Source: Syncephalis fuscata S228 (Eukaryota; Fungi; Zoopagomycota). From it: a stretch of 64,000 nt of DNA. The notes under the pieces are model-generated. The model saw nothing but the letters and a program-made list of their open reading frames with translations. It was not told the DNA's origin and made no database searches. Where the stretch lies: assembly GCA_025786725.1 (NCBI GenBank), contig JAHLTZ010000002.1:744001-808000 (forward strand), in the 5' to 3' direction. This document shows positions 27,790 to 41,164 of the stretch, piece by piece; the stretch's first letter is position 1, and each line of letters begins with the position of its first letter. A program made the position numbers and the translations under genes.

Positions 27790-28650
27790 CTTGAATAAAA
27801 GAAACGGCAATGCAGATAGTATACGTCGACAGCCTAATAGAACGGGAGTTGTGTGCAGTTTGCAAACAAGAAAGGACAGCAAACAGCTGAAGCATTAGCG
27901 GATATGCAATCCCTATTATAGGCGCGTCCCTTTGCCTAGCCAACAACGGAATCTCAATATAGACCCACGTGTTTAGATCTATTCCATCGAGATTGAGCTT
28001 TTGATGGCTATCCATCTCACTCACACCACCTGACAGCGCTAGAAGCTTTCACATGGATTCGCAACAACTACACCAAGACCTTGGTTGTAATATAACGCAA
28101 TTATGGCATTAGCTAGATAAACAAACTAATTACATGGAATACTGGCTATCAACGTAAGCCAAGATGCAAAAATAGCGATAACAATGTTTTTATGTTATTG
28201 ATAACGTTTATTAAAATCAGTATACTAATTGGTTACTAAATAGTTACACCAAATGTAGTTACACGTGTAGAAATAAAATAATACGCAATACACAATGCGT
28301 AATGAGCAATACGTATTTACATATCAACAATACAATATACTGATGCTTCATCTACCATTAATAAGATTTAGTATATTATTTCTGTGAAAAATAATAATAA
28401 TGTAAATTATACTACTAATACCAATCAATTAAATAAATACTAAATAACATTTATCTAATTAAACATTATTAATATATTTATTAATTATAAAATATAAAAC
28501 ACACATAATTCAATATATAATAGTAGCTGAGACTTTTGCAATTATATATGCAGCCATTGGCTATTCATTCTAGCAATAGCTGCGTAAATTCTGTTGTTTA
28601 ATTTAAAAATATTTTGCCTTATTTAGTTAAAAATGCACTAAATTTCAACA

Positions 28651-28722
28651 AGCAACGTGGCGCAGTGGAAGCGCGTTGGGCTCATAACCCAAAGGTCGGT
28701 AGATCGAAACTACCCGTTGCTA
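28651..28722 (+). tRNA. Initiator tRNA-Met (CAT)
   Basis: AGCAACG/CGTTGCT acceptor stem with A1-U72, anticodon loop CTCATAA closed by GGG/CCC, initiator-type T-loop GATCGAAA, and an oligo-T Pol III terminator just downstream. Confidence 0.95.
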
Positions 28723-28748
28723 CTTTTTTGTTTTGCTCGTATCCAGAG

Positions 28749-28758
28749 GTCACGTGAC
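28749..28758. promoter_or_regulatory. Perfect palindromic E-box GTCACGTGAC (Cbf1/bHLH-ZIP-type site)
   Basis: Exact 10-bp palindrome between the tRNA and Fanzor element B. Function not shown. Confidence 0.3.
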
Positions 28759-28919
28759 TAGATGGCGTAATATTTCATGAGAAAGAGTATTGTGTATGTA
28801 TATATGCGTACTGCTTTTTAGCCAATAAAATGGGTGTGTGTAGTTAATTATTTTATAATAATTATTTTATTTTTATTTATTTCATCACCCATTATTTTAA
28901 TAGTTAGTTTAACGAAGTT

Positions 28920-29648
28920 ACTGTACTTTGACCCCCACGTTTTATGTACTCATTCCATTCCTTTTTCTTATTACTATCCTATTGTTCTATTCAGTAATAT
29001 ATTATACAATAATGTTAAATATAACAATATAAATAGCATGCGTATTTGAATATCAATAAAACATTATTCAATCACTAGTCTTTATTTCCCTTGTTTTACA
29101 TCAACACATGTTCAAGTAACCTCAACGGTATGCCGTATATTCTGGTTACAACTATCACCACAGATCTTTCTGGTAAAGACACTCAACCTATCATTATTGC
29201 ATATGGTGGAGGCCATTTGCTTTATTGATGGTCGGCAAATAAACCGCGCCTATCAAATTGATATCAAGAATGTTCAAGACAATGGTGAATATCAGAAATG
29301 CTAGTCATTCTACCTTTTTGTCACTATAGATGAGTATCTTATATTGCAAATATGCCCAAATGCAACAATAAAAGATTGGAAAATAGAAGAGACCATTTAG
29401 ACACAAGGAAATCACACTGTACGTAGTAACAACAATAACAACTGCGGAACGATATGGAATCACAATCAATGGCTTTTATTAATATTCATCAATTTTTCTA
29501 CACATGGCCAACAACAACAATGATCGGCCTCGTGAATTGCAAAGTAGTTAAATGAACATTATAACTATGTTTGCTGCGCAGAACAGCATGACTTTAATTG
29601 AAACAAATTTTGCTTTGAGGACTCCAAATGTGGGAGTCAAAGTGAAGT
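28920..29648 (+). mobile_element. TIR-bounded non-autonomous Fanzor-derived element (family 2, copy B)
   Basis: TIRs ACTGTACTTTGACCCCCACGTTT vs ACTTCACTTTGACTCCCACATTT (19/23 match). Internal remnants PIIIAYGGG, TIDEYLILQICP(K)C and NCGTIWNHN..INI...NDRP. Confidence 0.8.
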
Positions 29649-30138
29649 TCAACCAGTTTAACTTGTATTTCAATCAATACTAATTGGCAATCATCCAATT
29701 TACTATTGCTATTGTTATAAAACTTTACTGTTACAACAACTATGCTATTAGAACCAACAATTCATTAATGCCATTAGTATAACATAATAATTAACGAGCT
29801 AAATCAATTTATCTAAACTGTAAAACAAAGCAAATAATAACTTATATATATTTAATTGAATATTAAAGTATTCTATTATGGTACTGTCAGTATTCGTAAT
29901 ATATTAATATTATTTGCATTTAAAGTTACTAAATACATGTCTAATAGCTGTTTGTTACATTTAGGTGTCTGTATATTAAATTTTATTGTCAACTAGCTAT
30001 AATATAAACGGAGCGTTTTGTGTATATCTGCACCGACAACACTTTATTGATTTTGTTATAATTCTGCATCAATTTATTTTTTTGTAAAAGCATTTTTTAC
30101 AGCAACGTAATTGACGTTAAACAAATCTATACTAAACA

Positions 30139-32501
30139 ATGTCCGATCGCGATTCTGCTGCTCTAGAAAACGACCAGTCAGTCAAGAGAGCCCGTATAGA
30201 AGAGAACGATAGCGTAGATAATATTCAGGAAGCGGCTACGACTGTAGCTGAAGAACCAGCAGCAACACCCACGACCGAATCAACACCTACCTCTCAGGAA
30301 CAACAACAGACCGCCATGTTTCGTTTGAGGGTCAGTAATCTACCAAAGTATACGACAGGCAATGCGTTGAAAAAGTTTGCAGCCAACAGTCTGGGTCTAA
30401 CTGAGATTCGGATTAATAAGGCACCTGCTTGGACCTATGCCATGGTGTCGGTTAAGGTAAGAGCCAGCAATAAATAGCAGTATGTTGCATTTGGTTTGTT
30501 AACTGGCACTGCTAGTAGAACGCTGATGAGCAGTTGTTAGTGTTGGAGAAATTCAACGCTGCTACTATGAAGAAAAATAAGCTACAAGCGGAAGTTGTCA
30601 ACGACGAGGATCGTGAGCGTTTCTATGAACGAAAGCGCGAAGCACGCCGCGCTGAAGCCGAGACGGATACTCGAACACCCGACCAACGTTTGGCCGACCA
30701 AGTAACGCCAATGCACGCGTAAGTTGATCTACGCAACTGCCCAACCGCTAGCTAATTGCTATTGGATAGTATCGAGTATAGCAAACAGCTATTGAATAAA
30801 TGGCGCACCTCCAAGAATACTATGGTTGATTTCCAAAAAGAAATGCGAAAGATTAGTGCCACTGCCAAGACACCATTGGCATGGGTTGATAACACGTATG
30901 TAGAATAGTTTGTTGCCAACTAGTTACTGATAATACTATGTTTATTTAGAGGAGCAGAGGCATTTGCTATCGAGGAAATTACACCATCACCCGTCCAGGA
31001 AGGATATCGTTCAAAGTGCGAGTTTACAATTGGCACAAATCCTAGTGATGAACCAACAGTTGGATTCTTATTGGGCGGTTATAAAGATGGCCAAGTGGCC
31101 GTACTGGTAAGTATAGATGTAGGATAAATAGTATGATTAATAAAGCAATCATCAAAATATAGAATGCCACCAATTGTAAACACGTTCACCCAGCTGCAAA
31201 GATACTGGCCAATTATATGGAGGTAATCAATCGAGTGGATTTGAATAAAATAAGTACTGATAGCAATACTGTAGAAATGTGTACGTGAGGCCGAATATCC
31301 AGTCTACAACCGAGTTACAAAGCAAGGTATGGACATGGCAATAGTTAAAATATAGATTGACTAATAATTAATATATTATAGGTGTCTGGCGTAATTTGCT
31401 AATCAAAACACAAGATACTGGCGAAAGTAGGTTGAAGTATAATGAGTTAAACTATATGTATACTAACTATGCTGCACTAGATATGGTTGTCGTACAATAT
31501 AATCCTACTGATTTGTCAGTCGAACAAATAGATCAATTAAAGCAGCTTGTATCGAAGACATTTTTGGAACAAAATGAAGTACCAATAACTACATTGATGG
31601 TACAGGTAAGTAATTGGTTGATAGTATAAAATATATTGGTTGATTAATTGATTTATTATTATTATTATGACACAATTAGGCATGGGGCGAAATGTTTAAT
31701 GGATTTACAGATAAAGCGCCATTTGAACAATTGAAGGGTGATGGCATTATACACGAAGAATTACTCAACTGCCGGTAAGTATTATTTGTATATCAATGTG
31801 ATTATCATTAATGCTTATGGCTATATGTTATGATAGTTTCCGTTTGTCTGCCACTTCATTCTTCCAAGTAAATACAAAGGCTACCGAAAAGCTGTACAGC
31901 ATTGTCCAGGAATGGTGCTCTTTGGGCGACCCACAAACTATTCTACTCGATTTATGCTCTGGTACCGGTACAATTGGTATTACTATGGCCTCAAAGGTGC
32001 AACAAGTCATTGGCGTTGAACTATGCGAGGAAGCAGTTGAAGCAGCTCGTCTTAACGTGGAACTTAATGGTATGTTTTTATACTTTCTCACTAATCATAC
32101 TAATATCGATAAATAACACTTTCGCATTAGGCTGTACGAATGTCACTTACCATTGTGGTAAAGTGGAAGACCATATTGACCGTGTACTTAGCCAGTTGCC
32201 ATCCAATGCACCAGTCGTTGCCGTACTTGATCCACCACGTGCTGGTGTCCATCCAAGTGTTATTAGTGCGGTGCGTCAGTGCGCAGCCATTCATCGTATT
32301 GTTTTCGTAGCATGCGATGCAAAACAAGCATCAAAGAACTTTATTGATCTGTGCCGTCCTACATCAAATCGGTACTGCGGCAAGCCATTCCGACCACTTC
32401 GAGCAAAGCCGGTTGATTTATTCCCGCATACAAAGCACTGTGAGATGGTCGTAGAGTTTGTTCGAGATGATAGCGCTGAAGTGGCAATGCCAGTCGAATA
32501 A
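30139..32501 (+). CDS. TRM2: tRNA (uracil-5-)-methyltransferase, Trm2/TRMT2A family, with N-terminal RRM-like domain; many introns
   Basis: LADQVTP, GYRSKCEFTIG, SFFQVNT, LLDLCSGTGTIG, VLDPPRAG, VFVAC and PVDLFPHTKHCE. Confidence 0.9.
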
Positions 32502-32750
32502 AAATAATATAATGTTTGACTCAGCATAAATAAATGACGATGATTCACCTAGACATTAAATATTATAACTAATAAACACACAATAGAGTGACACTGATTA
32601 TATGATTGATTGAATCCAAATTTATAAAGAATAACAAATCAACTAGCATTTGATAACGCCATTGGATGTTTATTTATCGGGATTAGGCCTAAATATTAAA
32701 TAAAAGTAATCGCATTATTATATTGTGTGTAGCTATTGTCATAGTATTAC

Positions 32751-34043
32751 TTACTTTGCCCATTCCACACGCAGAATCAAGTTGTCATAACCGTAGCCAT
32801 TGATAGCCTCCAATGCACGCTGAGCATCTGATCGGCCCATAAACGTAACAAAGGCGAAGCCGCGGCATAGACCCGTCTCACGATCCTTGGACAAAAAGAC
32901 ACGATTGATGGGGCCGAATGGACGGAATAGCTCTTTAACATCTTCGTCTTGTACATCTTCAGACAAGTTGGTAACACGTAGTGTATTTTCATCTAAAAAA
33001 ATGGTAATTAAGCATTAGCAATGGAAATAATGATGGCAGCAATAACTAATAAATATTTACCACGACGATCGCGATCAGCAAAGGCATCGCCGCCACTGGC
33101 ACGCGATGGGTCGCCACCAGCGCGGAGATGGGGTGGCACGTAGCTGGATTTGCTTTCGCCTGCAGCAGCAGCACCTAGTAATAATTTATAATCTATCAAT
33201 TGTCATGTCATTATTATTAATAATTATACATACCTGCGCCCATGGATGGTTTGACGCTAGTTTCCAGTTCATCAAGCGGCTTGAGCGTATCTTTGTATGG
33301 ACATTTGGAGGTAAAATGGCCACCTTTGCAAATACGACATAAAATCTTTTTGCCTTTCATCTCTTGGCGCTTCTTTTCCTCATCGTCGGCATCTTCGTCA
33401 ATAGCCTAATATATATATACATATGTATATCATTTGTTATTAATAAACAAACGAATAATAGTATCAAGTCATTTACCGCTCCGGTAGTCGATAGTTTCAA
33501 AAAGACCTTTTCACCAATAACGGTGGTGGTCACATCTGGACCTGGTGCTTTGTTTTTTTCGTCGCCAAACTTCTCCCATTGCTATAATAGTAAATAAATA
33601 AATAGTTTAGTGTTATTATTAAGCATATTTACAATGTGCTTACTTTACGCAAAGCAGCGGCCTTGTGAACACGATCTTTTACCATATGCATACGAATGCG
33701 ACGCGTCACCTAGATTATTAGTAAATAGTAGTAAAAACATTAGTATCAATACTATTTGTACAAGATCTAGGCACATCTACTGCCGCTTACCTTTATCTTT
33801 TTACCAAGATCATTTGTTTTAATTCTACAATAACCTTGACATCTTTGTCCTCCTCGATAACCGGAGCTATATATGGTTGAAGAATGAGCTGTAGATCTAG
33901 TTGTCAGCGTGGATACCTACCAGAAACATCAAATTCATCGGCCCAATCCACCTTGGGCGTATTAGATCTAATTTATCGTTAGATCAACAACCAATAAATC
34001 AGTGGTTCTATGCCTGAATATCTGCTTACAGAATGTCCGTCAT
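32751..34043 (-). CDS. TIF35: Translation initiation factor 3 subunit G
   Basis: DWADEF, CRICKGGHFTSKCP zinc knuckle, YVPPHLR, and RRM TLRVTNLSED...GFAFVTF...GYGYDNLILRVEWAK. Confidence 0.93.
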
Positions 34044-34438
34044 GTTGTTAGCACGCACGCAAAAAGAACAAGAGTGGGATGAAGAAAAAAGAAAAAACTT
34101 GACAATTGTTCAACTAGTTGATCGTATGTATAATGCGTGGGTGCGTTTGGACACAGATCATGTGTAAATTTAACCAGTTTTGTTAAATTTTAATACAATC
34201 ATTACTAGAAATACGACTCAACATGGATTGCATGTTTGAATTGATAATATTTCATTTTATCTGCCATTTGTATCGAATATTTGGCAGTAAATCAATATAT
34301 CATAGACATATATGTACTAAAATTATTTAATAGTTACCATTTAATCCATACATATATAATTTTATAACAAATATCTAATTTACTTACATTTAAACATTCA
34401 ACGTGTTCTATAATAACTACCTGTATTGATTGATTGGA

Positions 34439-37169
34439 AATAAAGCTTTTTATTTATAAAACGCAAACTTCATAGCGGCTATCTTTAATATTATTCGGCT
34501 AATCATACCATTTGATGCTTTGTATTCAGAAGGTATCCATGTTCTATCATTCTTTGCAGCTGGTAAATGTGGTACCTCGATAAAGTTTAAATACTCATCT
34601 TCAGTGTCGCCTACAGCTTGTTTCTATTAATGCACGCTGTTGGTTCGTAAATACGGCCAGTATGCATATCAATGACCAATTTTCTTCATGGCGCCAACTA
34701 AAAATACATAAAGATCCAATAAAAGAAGTAAGCTTAGAGTAGGAGGGACAAGCAATTGAACGCAGTAAAATTCCATATCTGGCATCCAGTACATCCAGTG
34801 TTTTACTGTTGTAGACGACAACCAGCTTTTCACTGTATAAGCCTGCAATATCACTGTCAAATATCGGTCGACTCCATAAAATATATCCTTGGTCGGAACT
34901 ATCAATTGGCAATACTTGGCCGTAATCTCTGTCGTCGAACAATGGTTGCGGCGAGGTATTTGATGAAGCCTTTTCAAATACAAAAAATAAGAGTAAAGCA
35001 TTAAGCATTTCTTCTTTGCTGTCCTTCTTATTATCGGGTTCATGATATAGACTGATTAGGCACATCCTTTCAGTATATGTTTTAAGCTCGATTTCAGCAT
35101 CTGGCCAATATGAAATGGTGATCTGACTCGATAATATCTTCTTACTCTTAGCCTCGCCCTTTTGAGCGTCGAACAATTTCCATTGAATATCTGATGATTG
35201 TTCATTACTATCAACAGTTTGTGAATCTTGAGTAGCAATAAAGGTAGAAGCAAGGTCGAATTCTCCAATGTCATGAATTATTGTAAATGTTAAAAACTGG
35301 CATTGGTCTTCAGAAGCAAACTGAATACAAGCAAATGCACTGTAATCGTCGATTTTAGACCCTTTATCCATTGATTTGCATCTAAATTAGATAAATCAAA
35401 TCAAGTATATGGATATTGTGTATGGATAGCCTTTAAAAGTATCCATCCATTATAAACCTCGAATAAATATGAGCACTTTTCTATTCTCTTGTTTTGATAG
35501 CCATGCCCAAGATAAATAATATTAGACGATGAGTTTCCAGCATTAGGCCATACCAGAATGGCATTTCGTCGGTCTTTTTCTTGTTTATCTGAAGGCGTGC
35601 TATTTGAGGATGTGTCAGAAGCTTTAACTTTAGTTTCTCTAATATACTGTGCTTCTAATTCATCCATATTCACTATTTTAATGCATTAATAAATATATAA
35701 CATAGTAACTAGCGTTGTTAATGATTAGCTACCTATTGGATCCCCAGGAGCTATGGTCTTTACGTCATTATACGTCATTAAAACAACAGTAGCCACAGCA
35801 AATCGGCGTATTCCATAACCATATAGAATGTTGTCTCTGCAATTAAATAAAGATGGCGGTAGAGAAATAGCCAACTTTTTCCATACCAATTCAGCGCTAT
35901 AATGTTTGTTTCTCTTACTAAAAACATTGTGTTGGACTGACCAAAGCCTATCTTCTTTTCCATCCAACATCAATGCATACCAAGAATTCACGTCAAATAG
36001 TATCAGTCCAGCGTGTCCCTCAGCTGGCAATTCGTATATCTGTTTTTTTAATTGACCTTTCAAAAAGTTGCGCACAATCTGTCGACGCCTCTGATAAGCA
36101 TAAAACCATTGAGTGTTATCAAAATCAAAGACACATTGTAAATAGCTAGTAGACAGTGTACGCCCATTATTGTTGCTATTAATATCTGGCATGATAAATA
36201 GTAAATACCCTTGTTTTGTTTGATTTACATTGGACGTAGATTCTTTTGGTTTTGGTATAGTACTGATGTACCAACTATGCACGTAAGCCATTCTTGTTCA
36301 CATCGATCACCAATGGAAATTTGCTTTTATATTGTTCCAATAATCAGGCCGAGCAGCTACTGTTTGGTAAATAACTCGACAGCTGGTTGCAAAAAGTACT
36401 AATCCCGTCCATCCATAAACCGACACAGATACAGTAAAATGTCGTGATTTTGCCATATTTGGTGATTATCAGTACCCAAAAACATGGCTTACTAGAATAG
36501 CGCACTAAGCTTGATACACAATAGATAAGAGGAACAATGGTAGACAGAAAGTCGAAAGAAAAGGCCATGAACAAATGTAGGCTGTTTATTTTAAAAACAC
36601 GATGGTTATACATTCACATAGCTATTGTTATTGTTGGTCTATAAATAAAATGTGTATTGACATCATACAAAGTCACAATGAGTTGTCTATAAACTAGATA
36701 GATTTGAATCGTTTAATAAACGACTATATAATTGTTTGGTGCCATGATTAGTAGTATGATGTAATAATTTGTTGTAACAGCAGTAGAAATATTATGTTTT
36801 CATTTTCATTTTTATGCTTTTATATTCACATCGTAGTAGATTATAATGCTACAATCAAAATAGAAACAATTATAAACATTTAATATATACAAAATATGAG
36901 TTAAAAAGAATACGAGTTTTACAATTAATAAAATTATTGATCAATTATATAGAAATATTCTGCACAATTGGAAAATAGCGCATGAATATGGTAAAAAGTA
37001 GCAGTTACAATTGTTTACTGTGGAAAATTTAGATAATCTATAATTGCCAAATAGGGTAGTAATATACACTTTTGCTCAAAAAGCTTTATTTTGTCTTAAA
37101 CAAACATATAAGCATATTCGTACATATTTTTATCACATATCAAGCAAATAATGATGCAGTAAAATAAAA
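34439..37169. repeat. ~2.7-kb segmental duplication, copy 2
   Basis: Near-identical to 17293-20023, same orientation. Confidence 0.95.
34469..36485 (-). pseudogene. F-box-like lineage-specific protein gene, copy 2 (frameshifted, partly at different sites)
   Basis: Same peptides as 17322-19339 (MDKGSKIDDYS..., WFYAYQRRRQIVRNFLKG). Confidence 0.55.
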
Positions 37170-37423
37170 CAGTAATAAATATTTTTATACTTATAAATAC
37201 GCCTTTTTTAACATGATTTAAATAGTATTGTTATTACAATATCTTGGTTTATAAATAGTAATAAATGGTATAAATTCAAAATGTTACAACGAGTAAAAAC
37301 TATTTTTGTTGTTGAATCAATTTTGGAATAAAATAATGAATCAGTAAGTTAAACAAAGCATTTAAAAACACTATTATCGTTATTATAAAGGCAAATTTCT
37401 TATAGATATTTAGTTGTACCATT

Positions 37424-38797
37424 TTAAGATGATAGCTTTGTTAATATTTCATGACCATCTGGTGTAATCAACACAGTGTGCTCGAATTGTGCCGATCTTC
37501 CTCCATCTTTGGTCACTAGCGTCCAGCCATCAGGCCACAATCGACTTTGTGCGGTGCCTTGACACACTACTGGTTCAATGGTAAAGGTCATGCCAGGTTC
37601 CATCACCTCGGTCTCGTCATTACCTAAATAAATCGATAAAAGGTATACCAGATAACGTTTTAAATAGTAGTAGCTATTAAAGGATACGATGATGATAGAT
37701 TAAAGGTAATGTGTGAAAGAGTCGTCCAATGCCATGGCCGGATAGTTCATTGGATACTCGGAATCCGTGTGCTTCTGCTAAATCACTAAAGCCTATTGCT
37801 GAATTTTACTATCAATAAAGCTACTGCTTACTTACCATATGGTCCTACCAATCTCTTGTAACGGCACTCCCGGCCCACATATTTGGATAGCAGCCTCCAT
37901 TGCTTCTCGAGTCGTATTTACCAATGACTGTCCTAAATCATCAACCTGGCCTACAAGGAATGTTGCTGACGTATCACCATGATAGCCCTGCCGATAAACC
38001 TGTTTAACTTATTAACATTTTGCCACAACAAATATATAAATAGTTGTTATATCTCCTTACTGTTACATCCACGTTAATTATATCACCATCTTCTAAAGGT
38101 CGTCTAGTATTATTATTATTATTATTATTCTATTGTTAACAATAAGCTAAAATAAGACGCACTCATCTGGAATACCATGGGCAATGACATTGGATACTGA
38201 GGTACAGACTGAACGTGGAAATCCACGATAATTCAGTGGTGACGGATAAGCACCTTTACTACAGATAAAATCGTGTAGCGTTTTATCCAATGCATTTGTT
38301 GTTAGCCCAGGCTAATCACAGATGTTATAAGATGTATATACACAATAAATAATTACTTTTACGCTTACTTTAATCATGCTATGTGCCAGATCAAGAGCCT
38401 CTGCTGCTAATTGACCTGCAGCACGCATACTATTGATCTGTTGTGGCGTTGTGATTAATTCAATACTACCGTCATGATGTAGATCTTCATCTTCGTAAGC
38501 ATAGTTAGAATTGGCATCGGCATAGGGTGGACGACAATCTACTGTTTCGGGTACGGATCGTCGCTGAATATGATCAACTCCTACGCGAAGCGATGGTGGT
38601 CTTAAAGCACGATAACGACCAAATCGCTTAGTCGTCGCGGCCAATACACTAAGCGATGAATAATTTGTTGTGGCTGTACGTGGCGGCGGTGACTGAACAG
38701 CTCCTCCTCTTGTGTTTATCCGTCTTCTACATCTATATTGCTCGTAAATACCACGAGGTGCTTTAAAGGCTTGGCCTATTCGGCAAAATAACATCAT
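37424..38797 (-). CDS. Methionine aminopeptidase type I, mitochondrial METAP1D-like; contains a U12-type intron
   Basis: Arg-rich presequence-like N-terminus without zinc fingers; [49 protein letters not shown] and SAQFEHT. Confidence 0.9.
37624..37687 (-). other. Candidate U12-type GT-AG intron (64 nt)
   Basis: 5' splice site GTATCCTTT matches the U12 consensus RTATCCTTT. Removal gives [16 protein letters not shown]. The branch region ACCTTTTAT is an imperfect match. Confidence 0.72.
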
Positions 38798-39264
38798 CAA
38801 AACTATCTCAAAAGCCACAACAGTAAAATAAAAATGGATTAACAGTATTTCCTGTTATTTTCAATGCCCGGATGCTGTTTATCCATAAAATGCTTTACTT
38901 TTTAATTATCTGCTGCAGGATAGACTTTCAATGGCTATGTCATTCACAGACATCGCGGTCTGGCTACCCTTTATTACGTGCCCCTATTTACTTGGCTTTA
39001 TTCGTTTCAACTATTAAATGACAGCATCCTTTTCCCATACGCTAGTCAAAATTCAACCGTGTTGTTCTTTTCAATTGCTTTATTCGATTGCTTTTCTATT
39101 ACTAACTATCGCTATTACTCTTTCGGTGGCCTAGTTTTACTTTCAATGACTTAGGTATAGACAGTAATCGCGAATATTACTGTTTAGTCATTTAAACCTT
39201 TCCACAATCAGTTTATTGGATAATATTTCTAGCAACAACCAAAACAGCATAGATAACAGTTATC

Positions 39265-40394
39265 ATGGAGCGCCTATGCGAGCAATTAGACGCATTGTTG
39301 GTAGAGCATCTAGAATTGGTTATGGCCTATCAGTCGCGCTGTGAAAGAATTGGGCTTCATATGAACCAGGTAATGACATATTATACTGGTGATAACAATA
39401 GCTAACGTTTTGTAATACATGTATTAATGTATGTATTATGTATAGGGATTTTTGCAATTAACACAAGCAAAATTTATTATGGGCCAGCGACATCTTTCAA
39501 GTTCGCAGTATGATCGGCGTATGTTGGCCAGTTTAACTGTGTAGGTAGTGCATAATTTAATAAACCGTCAATATCAAATATTAATAATAGTAGTCAAACA
39601 ACAACCAATACTATAGATGATGCGGTCACCGCTGAATCTAATGGGCATGTTGCTTCATCGACACATTTCCAACTAAAAGTTGCACCGTTTGAAATGCCTG
39701 TGGCCGATAACGATGAAGATGGGATTGGAGAGCCGGCAACGGCCATTGAGATTCATAGCCCTACTGCGTTGACATCACGTCATCGATTTGATCTAAATGA
39801 CGCGTCATCGTTGGCGGCCTATAATGCATCAGGATCACAAAATCACTCGTCTTCATCGTCGTCGTCCGCACCATTACCGCCGCATTCATCTGGCGCAAAA
39901 AACGAATCTGGTTCGTATCATACTGTGGCTGGCGGTCATGGTGCATCGTCTCAGCCGAATAAAGAAGCATTCCGTATGACACGCATGCGTACATGGACAC
40001 CAGCCGGTCGACGGGATCCAGTGACGTGGTATGGTGTACTTGTACCAGGTGCATTAAGGGCTGCCCAAACACAGTTTCGACAAAGTAATTATTCTAAAAT
40101 GAATTTATTACTATAATTTTATTGATTGTGTTTTATTATTTAGGTATTACGGATATTGTACATCTGGCCACTTTACGGGCAAATATTCTGGCTCATGAAC
40201 AACGACTTGCCCAACTTCTTGCTCAGAAACAACAGTGGCAACAAGAGGAGCATGCTAATAATCCATTGCCTATTACTTGCAGCCAAGAAGGTAACTTTGG
40301 GCAATCTTCACCATCATTACCCGCAGAATTGACGGCTGATTGGAATACAGCAGAGCTTACCTTTGGTGGCGATAGTAACGGCACTAATATATAA
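39265..40394 (+). CDS. VMA22: V-ATPase assembly factor Vma22/CCDC115-like, spliced
   Basis: LDALLVEHL..YQ, GFLQLTQAKFIMG, QYDRRM and the signature DPVTWYGVLVPGALRAAQTQF. Confidence 0.82.
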
Positions 40395-41164
40395 TTAGAC
40401 ATTTAGATGTGCTTGCTATTATAATATAATCAATAAAATGCAATTAATTAATTAAATACTAATTATGATATACTCTAAATTACTAATACACCTACTGCTT
40501 AAACTACGCATAGTAATGCATCTATTGAATAAATTATTTGTAATAATACATCTATTGATTCATTGGTAGCTGTAATACATATTGACATGATTGATATTAA
40601 ATAGTTTAAATTTTTCCTTTAATTGAATGCCGAACAACAACGAATAACAACAATCGCGATTACTTTATCGTCTACTTCTAAAGTGGATGCGTACATACAG
40701 GAAAATAGGAGAGGAAATGTATGCATACTCGTAAAATGGAGTCCAGTAATGGATAAGAAGTGATGTAGATAAAAAGTGAAGCGTAATAATAGGGTCTTTC
40801 GTGATTACATTTAACATTGATGCATAAATAAACAGCAACAGCAACGACTAAATATGCCGACAACACGGCCAATAATGAATAAATGGATCTACGAAAGTCG
40901 TATGTATGTAAGAATCGTGGCTAAAAGTAGATAGAATGAAAAGGTACGCGCTATTGTCACCAATAAAGTAATGAAAAATATATATCTAGACTATAGCTAT
41001 AGCGATGGTATGTGTAATAGTAATACGCTAGTGGCAACGCACATATAAATCAGTGCTGCGTATATCCATATACAACCGTACAATATAGAATGTCTAAATA
41101 TATAGACTGGAACAAATGTAGGAGAAAATTGAAATACAACGATACCTTGGGCGCAAAAGAAAAT

